Below, piece by piece: positions 9,425 through 17,660 of a DNA stretch of 32,000 bases. A program made the position numbers and the translations under genes. Under the pieces are notes generated by a model, which saw nothing but the letters and a program-made list of their open reading frames with translations, made no database searches and was not told the DNA's origin. Position 1 is the first letter of the stretch, and every line of letters starts with the position of its first letter. The DNA is from Vulcanisaeta distributa DSM 14429 (GTDB taxonomy: Archaea > Thermoproteota > Thermoprotei > Thermoproteales > Thermocladiaceae): assembly GCF_000148385.1 (NCBI RefSeq), contig NC_014537.1:450001-482000 (forward strand), written 5' to 3'.

Positions 9425-10429
9425 TCATGTTACTTCCTGCAGGGCCTTCTTCACGGCTTCCCTGTGTATTGGTGTTTGCCATGCCACGTACCTACCAATG
9501 CCCAGCTCCCCATCCTTTTCTGGCGGTGGTGTGTCCACCCAGTAGTCTGGTTTTCTCTTGGGTAGGAAGTGGATGATGAGGTTCCTCTCGATTAACTCAT
9601 TGATTAATTCCCCGGGTGCGTTGAACCATAGGTAATCAGGGTCACCAACGGCCTCCCTAAGGTGACCCGCCCACTTCTTAATGAAGTCGGGTGATAGTTC
9701 CTTTTCCTTGGTGATTTTATCAATGATTTTACCTACGTCCCAGTTGGCGCTGTATAGGCTCTCTAGCATTGCTGGGTTTCCTCCGGTTATTCGCCAAACC
9801 TCTTCGAGGTCCGGCTTATCGCCGGGTAATTGCTCGTAGAGTTGCTTGAAGCCTTCCCTAGGCATGTTCCACATGGGTGTTGACCAAGCCCACCTATGCC
9901 TACCAATCTCCCTCAAACTCACACCCTCGCTCGTGGCTACTATCGTGACTATCCTCTCATAATGCTCGGGTGGGTACTCAATGAGGTTTAGCAGTGCCTT
10001 CACGTACAATGCAGACTCCTTAACGCCAATGACTTGGAATGCATCATCGACTATCACGGCTACCTTGCCCCTGGTCACCCTAATCAACTCCTTGGCGAAG
10101 TCAAAGGCAAGCCAAGCCAACCTACCGAGGGCATTTTGGGCAAGAGCCTCCCTAACCATCCTAAGGAATTCATCCCTGAGACTAGCCACACCGAACTCGG
10201 CAAGAACCTCCTTATTAATTGGGTTAACGTAAATAACCTCAAAACCAAACTCCCTAAGCAACACCACAGACTGCAGAAGCCAAGCAGACTTACCACAACC
10301 CTCAGGGCCATAAATGACCTGCACCGGGTATGTGCCTTTCCCAGCCCACTCCTCAATGAGTTTAAGGGCGAGGTCCCTATCCACGAATTCCACTTGTTGA
10401 TTTGCGAAGTTGAGTTTGACCCTCTTCAT
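9425..10429 (-). CDS. Archaeal AAA+/STAND-like ATPase (Arch_ATPase / COG1672-like), paralog A1
   Basis: A 334-aa ORF. It has FVDRD, then Walker A GPEGCGKSAW, Walker B VAVIVDDAFQ, and the conserved C-terminus PPPEKDGELGIGRYVAWQTPIHREAV. Confidence 0.85.
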   Translation of the reverse strand: MKRVKLNFANQQVEFVDRDLALKLIEEWAGKGTYPVQVIYGPEGCGKSAWLLQSVVLLREFGFEVIYVNPINKEVLAEFGVASLRDEFLRMVREALAQNALGRLAWLAFDFAKELIRVTRGKVAVIVDDAFQVIGVKESALYVKALLNLIEYPPEHYERIVTIVATSEGVSLREIGRHRWAWSTPMWNMPREGFKQLYEQLPGDKPDLEEVWRITGGNPAMLESLYSANWDVGKIIDKITKEKELSPDFIKKWAGHLREAVGDPDYLWFNAPGELINELIERNLIIHFLPKRKPDYWVDTPPPEKDGELGIGRYVAWQTPIHREAVKKALQEVT

Positions 10430-10986
10430 TGTTTATCCTTAGTTGGGTTTTTCCTGGGTTCATTTAGTGCCTCCTCTAGGTCGTTGCTCCACCTTACTCT
10501 TGGCTTCAACTCCTCAATGCGCTTGGTCAGCTCCTCTATGAGTAGTTTTACGTCCACCGCAGCCTCCCGCCTACTCCTATACTTCGACAGCGCCAAATCC
10601 GGGTCCGGACCATTGTACTGATAATCGTGTAGTTCCAGGGCCACCGCTGTCCAAGCAGATAACGCTTCATAATCAATCTCCTCAAGCATTTGCGCCAGCA
10701 CCTTCATCCTGCCCGTTGAAACCCTAGGGACAACCCTCCCCATTAATCACCCACGTACTTCATCAGTCCTAACCACCTGGAGCAACCTATCAAGCTCAAG
10801 CCTCAGTAATACAGCCAATAAAGCCCTCCAGGCCTGGAAGGCTTTGCCCGCCGCGTTTCTGACTAGGCCTTCATTAAGGAATTTGATGGCTAGGTTTGCC
10901 TCGGTTAGGGACTCCAGGAGCCTGGCATTTATGTAGTTCTCCGTGGTTGGCTTGGGTAGGGGCCTCTCGAGGTTTTCAGCGCCCAT
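10426..10986 (-). pseudogene. PaREP1-family gene interrupted by an in-frame TGA (10747..10749) at a conserved Trp position
   Basis: ORFs 10747..10986 and 10426..10743 are in the same frame. Together they align without gaps to the intact copy at 8823..9377. The stop falls exactly where the intact copy has W: RRWLMDKAVPRV versus RG*LMGRVVPRV. Confidence 0.8.
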
Positions 10987-11010
10987 GCCCCGAGCCTTCA
11001 GTGGGATTCC

Positions 11011-12027
11011 TCACATTAATCCCTGCAATGCACTCCTGACTGCTTCCCTGTGCAGTGGTGATTGCCACGCGACGCGCCTGCCAATCCCCAGCTCTGGGTC
11101 CTTCTCCGGCGGTGGTTGATCGATCCATAGGTATTCATCCCTCCACTGCGGTATTTCGATTATGAGGTTTAGCTCGATTAGCCTATTCATTAGTGGTATT
11201 CTTTCCCTGCTCATGAGTGTGTCTGGGTCGTTGATTGCCTCATCAAGCCAACGCTTTTCTTCACTGGTAAGTGAGTCTATGAATGCGTCAAGGCCCTTCT
11301 CATCACGCATATCCCTAATGACGGCCTTCACACCCCAACCAGCATTGTAAAGCCTCTCCAACATCCTCGGATTTCCACCCGTCAATTTCCAGACCTCCTC
11401 GAATGGCGGCTTATCGCCGGGCAACTGATCATACAACTGCCTGAACCCATCCCTAGGCATATTCCACATAACCCTTAGGTTAGCCCACGTGTGCCTTCCT
11501 ATCTCCCTCCTCGACACGCCCTCGCTCGTTGCTGCTATTGTGATTATTTTCTCGTAGTGCTCGGGTGGGTACTCTATTAGGTTGAGTAGTGCCTTTACGT
11601 ATAGGGCTGATTCCTTTATGCCGATTACCTGGAAGGCGTCGTCAACGATGATGGCTATTTTTCCCCTGGTCGCCTTAATCACGTCATAAACCACATTATA
11701 TGCTATCCAGGCAATCCTCGCTAGGGCATTCTGAGCAATGGCTTCCTTAATTAGTCTCAGGAACTCATCCTTAAGGCTGTTGATGCTTATCTCGGCGAGG
11801 GCAAGCCTATTGACGGGGTTAACATAAACAACCTCAAAACCAAACTCCCTAAGCAACTCAATGGACTGAAGCAACCAGGCGGTCTTACCACAACCCTCAG
11901 GCCCCAAGACAACCTGGACTGGGAAGGTACCCTTCACAGCCCATTCCTCGGCAACTCTCCTGAGGGCCGAGTCTCTATCAACGAATTCTATTTCCTTGCC
12001 TGCGAAGTTGAGTTTGACCCTCTTCAT
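11011..12027 (-). CDS. Archaeal AAA+/STAND-like ATPase, paralog A2
   Basis: A 338-aa ORF with Walker A GPEGCGKTAW, Walker B IAIIVDDAFQ, and C-terminus PPPEKDPELGIGRRVAWQSPLHREAV. Confidence 0.85.
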   Translation of the reverse strand: MKRVKLNFAGKEIEFVDRDSALRRVAEEWAVKGTFPVQVVLGPEGCGKTAWLLQSIELLREFGFEVVYVNPVNRLALAEISINSLKDEFLRLIKEAIAQNALARIAWIAYNVVYDVIKATRGKIAIIVDDAFQVIGIKESALYVKALLNLIEYPPEHYEKIITIAATSEGVSRREIGRHTWANLRVMWNMPRDGFRQLYDQLPGDKPPFEEVWKLTGGNPRMLERLYNAGWGVKAVIRDMRDEKGLDAFIDSLTSEEKRWLDEAINDPDTLMSRERIPLMNRLIELNLIIEIPQWRDEYLWIDQPPPEKDPELGIGRRVAWQSPLHREAVRSALQGLM

Positions 12028-13043
12028 GGCTTAGTCTCCCCTAGTACCTTCCTGATTGCTTCCCTGTGTATTGGTGTTTGCCATGCCACGTACCTACCAA
12101 TGCCCAGCTCCCCATCCTTTTCTGGCGGTGGTTCTCCGATCCACAGGTATTCCTTCCTCTCGGGTATATCATCAATTATTAGGTTTAATTCGACGAGTTT
12201 GTCCATGAGAGGTATCCTCTCCCTATTCATTAGGGTGTCTGGGTTTTCGGTGGCTTCCTGGAGCCAGGATTTCTCGGTGTTGGTGAGGGATGATATGAAC
12301 GTCCTTAGTCTCTTTTCGCTGATTATATCGCTGATTACCTTATCCGTGTTCCACCTGTTCTCGTAGAGGTTTCCCAGCATCCTCGGGTTACCGCCGGTTA
12401 GCTTCCACGCTTCCTCGAGGCTTGGCTTATTGTCGGGTATTTGCTCGTAGAGTTGCCTAAAGCCGTCCCTCGCCATGTTCCACATGATGTCTAGGTGGGC
12501 CCACGTGTGCCTTCCTATCTCCCTCCTCGACACGCCCTCGCTGGTGGCTACTATTGTTATTACCCTCTCGTACTCGGCTGGTGGGTACTCGATTAGGTTG
12601 AGCAGTGCCTTCACGTACATTGCCGATTCCCTAACGCCAATCACCTGGAATACGTCGTCTGCGAGTATGGCTACCCTGCCCCTCCTCGCCTTTATTAATT
12701 CATTAATTACGTTATAGGCTATCCACGCAATCCTCGCCAGGGCGTTTTGGCTAATCGCCTCCTGGGCGAGCCTGTAGAGCTCGTTTCTTAGGTCCTTAAT
12801 CCCAACTTCAGCGTAGACGCGCCCGTTGAGTGGGTTTATGTAGATCACGTCGAAGCCATAATCCCTAAGCAACTCCACAGACTGCAGGAGCCAAGCCGTC
12901 TTACCACAACCCTCAGGCCCTAGGACAACCTCCACAAGCCTCATGCCCCTATCAACCCACTCATCAATGCGTTTGAGGGCTATCTCCCTGTCCGTGAACT
13001 CAACCTGCAGGTCTAGGGCCAGGGGTAGTTTAATCCTCCTCAC
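12024..13043 (-). CDS. Archaeal AAA+/STAND-like ATPase, paralog A3
   Basis: A 339-aa ORF with Walker A GPEGCGKTAW, Walker B VAILADDVFQ, and the conserved C-terminus. It overlaps A2 by 4 nt. Confidence 0.85.
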   Translation of the reverse strand: MRRIKLPLALDLQVEFTDREIALKRIDEWVDRGMRLVEVVLGPEGCGKTAWLLQSVELLRDYGFDVIYINPLNGRVYAEVGIKDLRNELYRLAQEAISQNALARIAWIAYNVINELIKARRGRVAILADDVFQVIGVRESAMYVKALLNLIEYPPAEYERVITIVATSEGVSRREIGRHTWAHLDIMWNMARDGFRQLYEQIPDNKPSLEEAWKLTGGNPRMLGNLYENRWNTDKVISDIISEKRLRTFISSLTNTEKSWLQEATENPDTLMNRERIPLMDKLVELNLIIDDIPERKEYLWIGEPPPEKDGELGIGRYVAWQTPIHREAIRKVLGETKP

Positions 13044-14044
13044 ATTAACCCCTGCAACGCCCTCCTAACCGCCTCTCTATGCAGTGGCGACTGCCACGCG
13101 ACGTAGCGGCCAATCCCGAGTTCCTCATCCTTCTCAGGCGGTGGTGTGTCCACCCATTGGTCCGGGTCCCTGCTGGGTATTCCGTAGATTATTAGGTTCC
13201 TCTTGATGAGTTCATTGGCGAGTTCCCTGGGCCCCTCATTCCATAGGTAATCCGGGTCGCTAAGTACGGCCTCCATCTCCCTCCTCCACCGCCTAATGAA
13301 CTCCCTAGTCACTTCCCTATCCAGGATTAACTGCTCAATGACCTTATCAGCATTCCAACCCCTCTCGTAGAGTCTCTCGAGCATCCTCGGATTCCCACCA
13401 GTCAATCCCCACACCTCCTCGAATGGCGGCTTACTGCCCGGTATCTGCTCATAGAGTTTCTCGAAGCCCTCTTTCGGCATGTTCCAAATTGGCGTGATGT
13501 CCGACCACGAGTGCCTTCCAATCTCCCTTAGGCTGACGCCCTCGCTTGTTGCGGCTATTGCTATCATGCTCTCATAATTGGCTGGCGGGTGTTCGAGCAG
13601 TCCAAGTAGTCCCTTGACGTATATGGCTGCCCTGTCTAAACCAATCACTTGAAAGGCATCATCGACGATCACGGCTAGCCTGCGCACCCTAGCCTCAATG
13701 GCCTCCCTGGCAACGTCAATCACAGCCCAGGCAACCCTACCCCAGGTGAGTTGGCTCGTGGCCTCGCGGATTATATCCATTAGTTTATTCCTCAGTTTTT
13801 CAATACCAAGCTCAACAATGAATGAACCCTCGATGGGGTTTACGTAGATTACCTCAAACCCATGATCCCTCAGCACCTCAGCCGACTGCATTAGCCAAGC
13901 GGTCTTACCACAGCCCTCCGGGCCATAGACTACGTGTGGAAGGGCCATACCCCTATCAATCCATTGCTCAATCCATTTAATCGCTGAATCCCTATCCACG
14001 AAGTTAATCCTTACGTTAGCGAGCCTAAGCTCAATCCTCCTCAT
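13040..14044 (-). CDS. Archaeal AAA+/STAND-like ATPase, paralog A4
   Basis: A 334-aa ORF with Walker A GPEGCGKTAW, Walker B LAVIVDDAFQ, and the conserved C-terminus. It overlaps A3 by 4 nt. Confidence 0.85.
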   Translation of the reverse strand: MRRIELRLANVRINFVDRDSAIKWIEQWIDRGMALPHVVYGPEGCGKTAWLMQSAEVLRDHGFEVIYVNPIEGSFIVELGIEKLRNKLMDIIREATSQLTWGRVAWAVIDVAREAIEARVRRLAVIVDDAFQVIGLDRAAIYVKGLLGLLEHPPANYESMIAIAATSEGVSLREIGRHSWSDITPIWNMPKEGFEKLYEQIPGSKPPFEEVWGLTGGNPRMLERLYERGWNADKVIEQLILDREVTREFIRRWRREMEAVLSDPDYLWNEGPRELANELIKRNLIIYGIPSRDPDQWVDTPPPEKDEELGIGRYVAWQSPLHREAVRRALQGLM

Positions 14045-15057
14045 TACTTCAGGGATTCAAGGACCCTCTTAACGGCTTCCCTATGTATTGGGCTTTGCCA
14101 TGCGACGTACTTGCCGATCCCTAGTTCCTCATCCTTTTCTGGTGGTGGTTGGTCTATCCATAGGTACTCCCTCCTCTCGGGCACATCATCAATTATCAGG
14201 TTCAATTCAACCAGTCTGTCCATGAAAGGTATCCTCTCCCTAGCGAATAACGTGTCAGGATCATTAACCGCCTCCATGAGCCAAGCCCTCTTGACGCTTG
14301 AGAGAGACCTTGCGAATCGCCTTAACTTATTTCTATTAATCACCTCATTAACCACCTTATCAACACTCCAATTATTCTCATAGAATCTCTCCAACATCCT
14401 TGGGTTTCCTCCGGTTATTCGCCAAACCTCGTCGAACGGTGGCTTATCGCCGGGTATTTGATTATACAACTGCCTAAAGCCTTCCTTCGGCATGTTCCAC
14501 ATGGGCATTATGTCGGACCACTCATGCCTACCAATCTCCCTCAAACTCACACCCTCACTCGTGGCTACTATCGTGACTATTTTCTCGTAATCCCCAGGTG
14601 GGTGTTCTATTAGCCCGAGCAGTCCCTTGACATATACGGCCGCCTTATCAAGGCCTATGACTTGGAAGGCGTCGTCGACGATAACCGCCAGTCTACCCCT
14701 CCTCATCCTTATTAATTCCCTGGCTAGGTCAATGATCACCCACACAGCCCTGACCCAGGCGTCGCTGGTGGCCTCACGGAGGATCTCAACCAGTCTCTTC
14801 CTAACATCCTCAACGCCCACCTCAGCCATGAACCTCTGCTCAATGGGGTTTATGTAGATCACGTCGAAGCCATAATCCCTAAGCAACTCCACAGACTGCA
14901 GGAGCCAAGCCGTCTTACCACAACCCTCAGGCCCATAGATGACCTTCGGAAACCCAGCACCCTTCTCGGCCCATTCCTCAACGCGTCTCATTGCTAGGTC
15001 TCTATCCACGAACTCAACCGCCAGGCTTAGCGCTAGGGATAGCCTTATCCTTCTCAC
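14044..15057 (-). CDS. Archaeal AAA+/STAND-like ATPase, paralog A5
   Basis: A 337-aa ORF with Walker A GPEGCGKTAW, Walker B LAVIVDDAFQ, and the conserved C-terminus. It overlaps A4 by 1 nt (TAATG). Confidence 0.85.
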   Translation of the reverse strand: MRRIRLSLALSLAVEFVDRDLAMRRVEEWAEKGAGFPKVIYGPEGCGKTAWLLQSVELLRDYGFDVIYINPIEQRFMAEVGVEDVRKRLVEILREATSDAWVRAVWVIIDLARELIRMRRGRLAVIVDDAFQVIGLDKAAVYVKGLLGLIEHPPGDYEKIVTIVATSEGVSLREIGRHEWSDIMPMWNMPKEGFRQLYNQIPGDKPPFDEVWRITGGNPRMLERFYENNWSVDKVVNEVINRNKLRRFARSLSSVKRAWLMEAVNDPDTLFARERIPFMDRLVELNLIIDDVPERREYLWIDQPPPEKDEELGIGKYVAWQSPIHREAVKRVLESLK

Positions 15058-15467
15058 GCCAGTCCTGGCCTATACATCATTGGTGTGTTTAGCCACATTA
15101 GGCCTATGTTTATCATGTCCTGGACCCTCCTAACCACTGCCCTAACCCAGCCAAGTCTCTCGGTTAGTCTCCTACCCACTAGGTAGGCTATGAACCTCAC
15201 CTTCCTCATTAGTACTAGGCTTAGCGCCTCTATTACTGCCTCCCTGAGCATTTCCAGGGCCTTCGGTGACTTGAACCTGAGACCTCGCCTTAGGTATGGA
15301 ATTGCCGCCTCGAGGAGGCCCCTGCGAAGTGAGTTGACCCTCCACCAAACGCCGAGTCTAATGGCTACCCTCCTTATTGACTGTATTAGTTGCAGGCTGA
15401 CTGCATTTATGGTGTTGTTCAGGAAGTCCCTTATGAGTCCCAGGGCCTCCTCGGGCGGTATAAACAT
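15054..15467 (-). CDS. Hypothetical small basic (Arg-rich) helical protein; first gene of the ATPase chain
   Basis: A 137-aa ORF that overlaps the A5 start by 4 nt. A TATA-like TTAAATAA lies 27-34 nt upstream of its ATG. No family recognised. Confidence 0.6.
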   Translation of the reverse strand: MFIPPEEALGLIRDFLNNTINAVSLQLIQSIRRVAIRLGVWWRVNSLRRGLLEAAIPYLRRGLRFKSPKALEMLREAVIEALSLVLMRKVRFIAYLVGRRLTERLGWVRAVVRRVQDMINIGLMWLNTPMMYRPGLA

Positions 15468-15493
15468 TATTAATTATAGGCTGTACCAAGCCA

Positions 15494-15501
15494 TTATTTA
15501 A
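15494..15501 (-). promoter_or_regulatory. TATA-box-like element (TTAAATAA on the minus strand) upstream of the 137-aa ORF and ATPase chain
   Basis: Plus-strand ttatttaa at 15494..15501 lies 27-34 nt upstream of the ATG at 15467. That spacing fits a leaderless crenarchaeal transcript. Confidence 0.45.
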
Positions 15502-15523
15502 GCATTGCCTTGGTGATGAGTCG

Positions 15524-15871
15524 TTATCCACGCCCAGGCCCATTGACCCTCCTCACCTCCATGGCCGCCGGTATCGCCATTAACCCCGCGGTCAGGGCAG
15601 CCCAGTATATTGGGTGTGGTGTTATTGTTATCGCCATCAGCGCGCTGGCCCCACCGTAGTTTACGCCCATGACGCCGCTGCCCATGAGGACCAGTGGGTA
15701 CCTCGCGGGTACGTGGTAGAGGCTAAGTACGTAATTGGCTACGTAGTATATTATGACTGGGGATACTAGGTATGGTATCGACAGCAGAGCCAGTGTGTAG
15801 TTCCTTATTGGTCTACCTATCATGGCCACTAGGTATGTGTTCCACGCCAGGGTCCCTACGTAATGACTCAA
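15524..15871 (-). CDS. Small hydrophobic membrane protein
   Basis: A 115-aa ORF with 3-4 hydrophobic segments, immediately downstream of and overlapping the GT2 gene. The true start may be the internal Met at 15823. Confidence 0.5.
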   Translation of the reverse strand: MSHYVGTLAWNTYLVAMIGRPIRNYTLALLSIPYLVSPVIIYYVANYVLSLYHVPARYPLVLMGSGVMGVNYGGASALMAITITPHPIYWAALTAGLMAIPAAMEVRRVNGPGRG

Positions 15872-16775
15872 TCGCCTTCCTGAGCCTGTACTCCATCCTC
15901 TTCATGTATATTGCCATGGCCGCCATTCCGAGGAATTGTAGGCCGATTAACGTGAGCATTATGGCAACCAAACCCTTCAAGTAATACTTAATCCCATAAA
16001 ACAGGTACCAATAACCAACGTAGGCACCTAGGGCGAGCCCCGGTATGAGTAGTAATGCGCCTATTAGGAATAGGATTAGCATGGGGTTATACCTTGTGGT
16101 TAGTCTCACCATGTCGCCGAATATCGCCAGGCCATCCTTTACACCGAGCTTCTTCTTACCAACCCTACGCCTATACTCAATGGGTATCTCCCTAATCACC
16201 CTGCCCGTACTAACCATGTGAGCCGCTATATGAGCCTCAATACTGAACCCACCAACCTCAGCAACCGCGTCCCTCAAGGCCTCAACCCTGACTACGTACA
16301 TGCCACTTAATACGTCGTGAAGCCTCGTGTCGAAGAGCAGGTTGAAGACCCTAGTCAACAACCAATTACCAAACCTATAAATGAGCCTCTGACTACCGGG
16401 CAAAGGCCTCCTGACACCAATCACCTCATCAGCCCCAGTCCTCACGATCTCCTCGACCAACTCCAAAACGTGCTTGGCTGGGTATGAGTAGTCGCCGTCC
16501 ATCACGAGCATGTACGGCGTGCTAACGTACTTGAGCGCAGTCCAGATGGCCATGGCCTTACCCCTACCCTCCTGCTGAACAACCCTAACACCATACCTCA
16601 AAGCCACATCCACAGTACCATCAGTGCTACCACCATCAACAACGAGGACCCTATCCCTGGGAACACCAACTCCAATGAGTTCATCGAGGACGAGCCCAAT
16701 ACCCTTAACCTCGTCTCGCGTTGGTATGACCACGGTAACTAGGTCCAGCAATTTATTGCCAACGCCACTAGCCAT
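15813..16775 (-). CDS. GT2 glycosyltransferase, dolichyl-phosphate mannose/glucose synthase-like, with C-terminal TM helices
   Basis: A 320-aa ORF with VVIPTRDE, VVDGGSTDGT, the VMDGDYSY (DxD) motif, and a hydrophobic C-terminal tail. Confidence 0.85.
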   Translation of the reverse strand: MASGVGNKLLDLVTVVIPTRDEVKGIGLVLDELIGVGVPRDRVLVVDGGSTDGTVDVALRYGVRVVQQEGRGKAMAIWTALKYVSTPYMLVMDGDYSYPAKHVLELVEEIVRTGADEVIGVRRPLPGSQRLIYRFGNWLLTRVFNLLFDTRLHDVLSGMYVVRVEALRDAVAEVGGFSIEAHIAAHMVSTGRVIREIPIEYRRRVGKKKLGVKDGLAIFGDMVRLTTRYNPMLILFLIGALLLIPGLALGAYVGYWYLFYGIKYYLKGLVAIMLTLIGLQFLGMAAMAIYMKRMEYRLRKAIESLRRDPGVEHIPSGHDR

Positions 16776-16829
16776 ATGAAGGCATTAATACAATTAATGA
16801 ACCGCACGCAATTAAGCATTACTGTCAAA

Positions 16830-17459
16830 TTAGGGCTTGAAGAGACTTACCAACCCCTCAATACTCCTAACCTCAGCATCAGCCACAACGCCAAGCTCAG
16901 GCGGTGAGCCCCTCCTGTTTAGGTGGATTGCGCACACGCCGGCATTCTTGGCGCCAGCCACGTCGAAGTAGTTTGAGGAGACCAGGCAAACCTCACTCCC
17001 AGGCTCACCGATGAAGTCAAGGAAGGTCCTGTAGATCGCCGGGCTCGGCTTGTAAGCCCTAACCCTCTCCGCGGTGAATACCCCGTTGAATAAGTCCGCG
17101 AGGCCCCATCTACTCAGTAGCGGTTTCACCATGCCCTCATCACCGTTGGTGAGGACGTACATCCTAACCCTACCCACGAGCCCCCTGAGTAGGTAAACAT
17201 CACTGAATGGCTCGAGCTCCTCCCAATATCTCATTAACTCATCGACTGGCTTATCAATCCTGTATTGCGTTAGGGCGTACTCAAGGGCCATTCTGGTGAC
17301 CTCCCTAAAGCTCATCCACTTACCCATTATTGTCAATAGCCAGGTATACTCTAACTGCTTCCTCCTCCACAACTCAACAAAGCCCATGTCACCCAACCTC
17401 CTACCAATACTATTAACGTCAAAGAGGGTCCCATAAACATCAAAGGCCAAAACCCTCAT
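16830..17459 (-). CDS. HAD-superfamily hydrolase, type II 2-haloacid dehalogenase-like
   Basis: Motifs FDVYGTLFDV (D-x-Y-G-T), RRKQLEYTWL, YKPSPAIY and SSNYFDVAGAKNAG. I chose Met31 (MRVLAFD) as the start because a TATA-like CTTTTATT lies about 25-30 nt upstream. The ORF itself extends to 17549. Confidence 0.8.
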   Translation of the reverse strand: MRVLAFDVYGTLFDVNSIGRRLGDMGFVELWRRKQLEYTWLLTIMGKWMSFREVTRMALEYALTQYRIDKPVDELMRYWEELEPFSDVYLLRGLVGRVRMYVLTNGDEGMVKPLLSRWGLADLFNGVFTAERVRAYKPSPAIYRTFLDFIGEPGSEVCLVSSNYFDVAGAKNAGVCAIHLNRRGSPPELGVVADAEVRSIEGLVSLFKP

Positions 17460-17660
17460 AAGAACCTCAGGGAAACAGAGAATAAAAGCCATTCCCCAAT
17501 GGATGAGGTTAATGCGAGGGTTCATCAAGTAGCGCAATAAGTAGTACATAACCCTTAGGTACCAACTATTTCAGTAAGCAAGGCATTAATGGGTCGTGAA
17601 CCTCGCGGTACAGGGCTCCAACGCCCTACACCTCTACTACCATCAATAGTGGGTGTGAAC

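Noticed and set aside
9425-15057. A roughly 1-kb periodic repetition that could superficially suggest a repeat array or CRISPR-like structure.
   Set aside because: The period equals one full ATPase gene. The units are divergent protein-coding paralogs, not short direct repeats with unique spacers. I saw no CRISPR repeats anywhere in the window.
9981-15133. Many plus-strand ORFs antisense to the ATPase/PaREP1 array. Examples are 10034..10621 (195 aa), 11162..11350, 12100..12366, 12475..12717, 14111..14383, 14627..14857 and 14939..15133.
   Set aside because: They are Ser/Leu/Thr-rich, low-complexity mirror images of strongly motif-bearing minus-strand genes (Walker A/B, conserved C-terminus). 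They recur only because the sense genes are paralogs.
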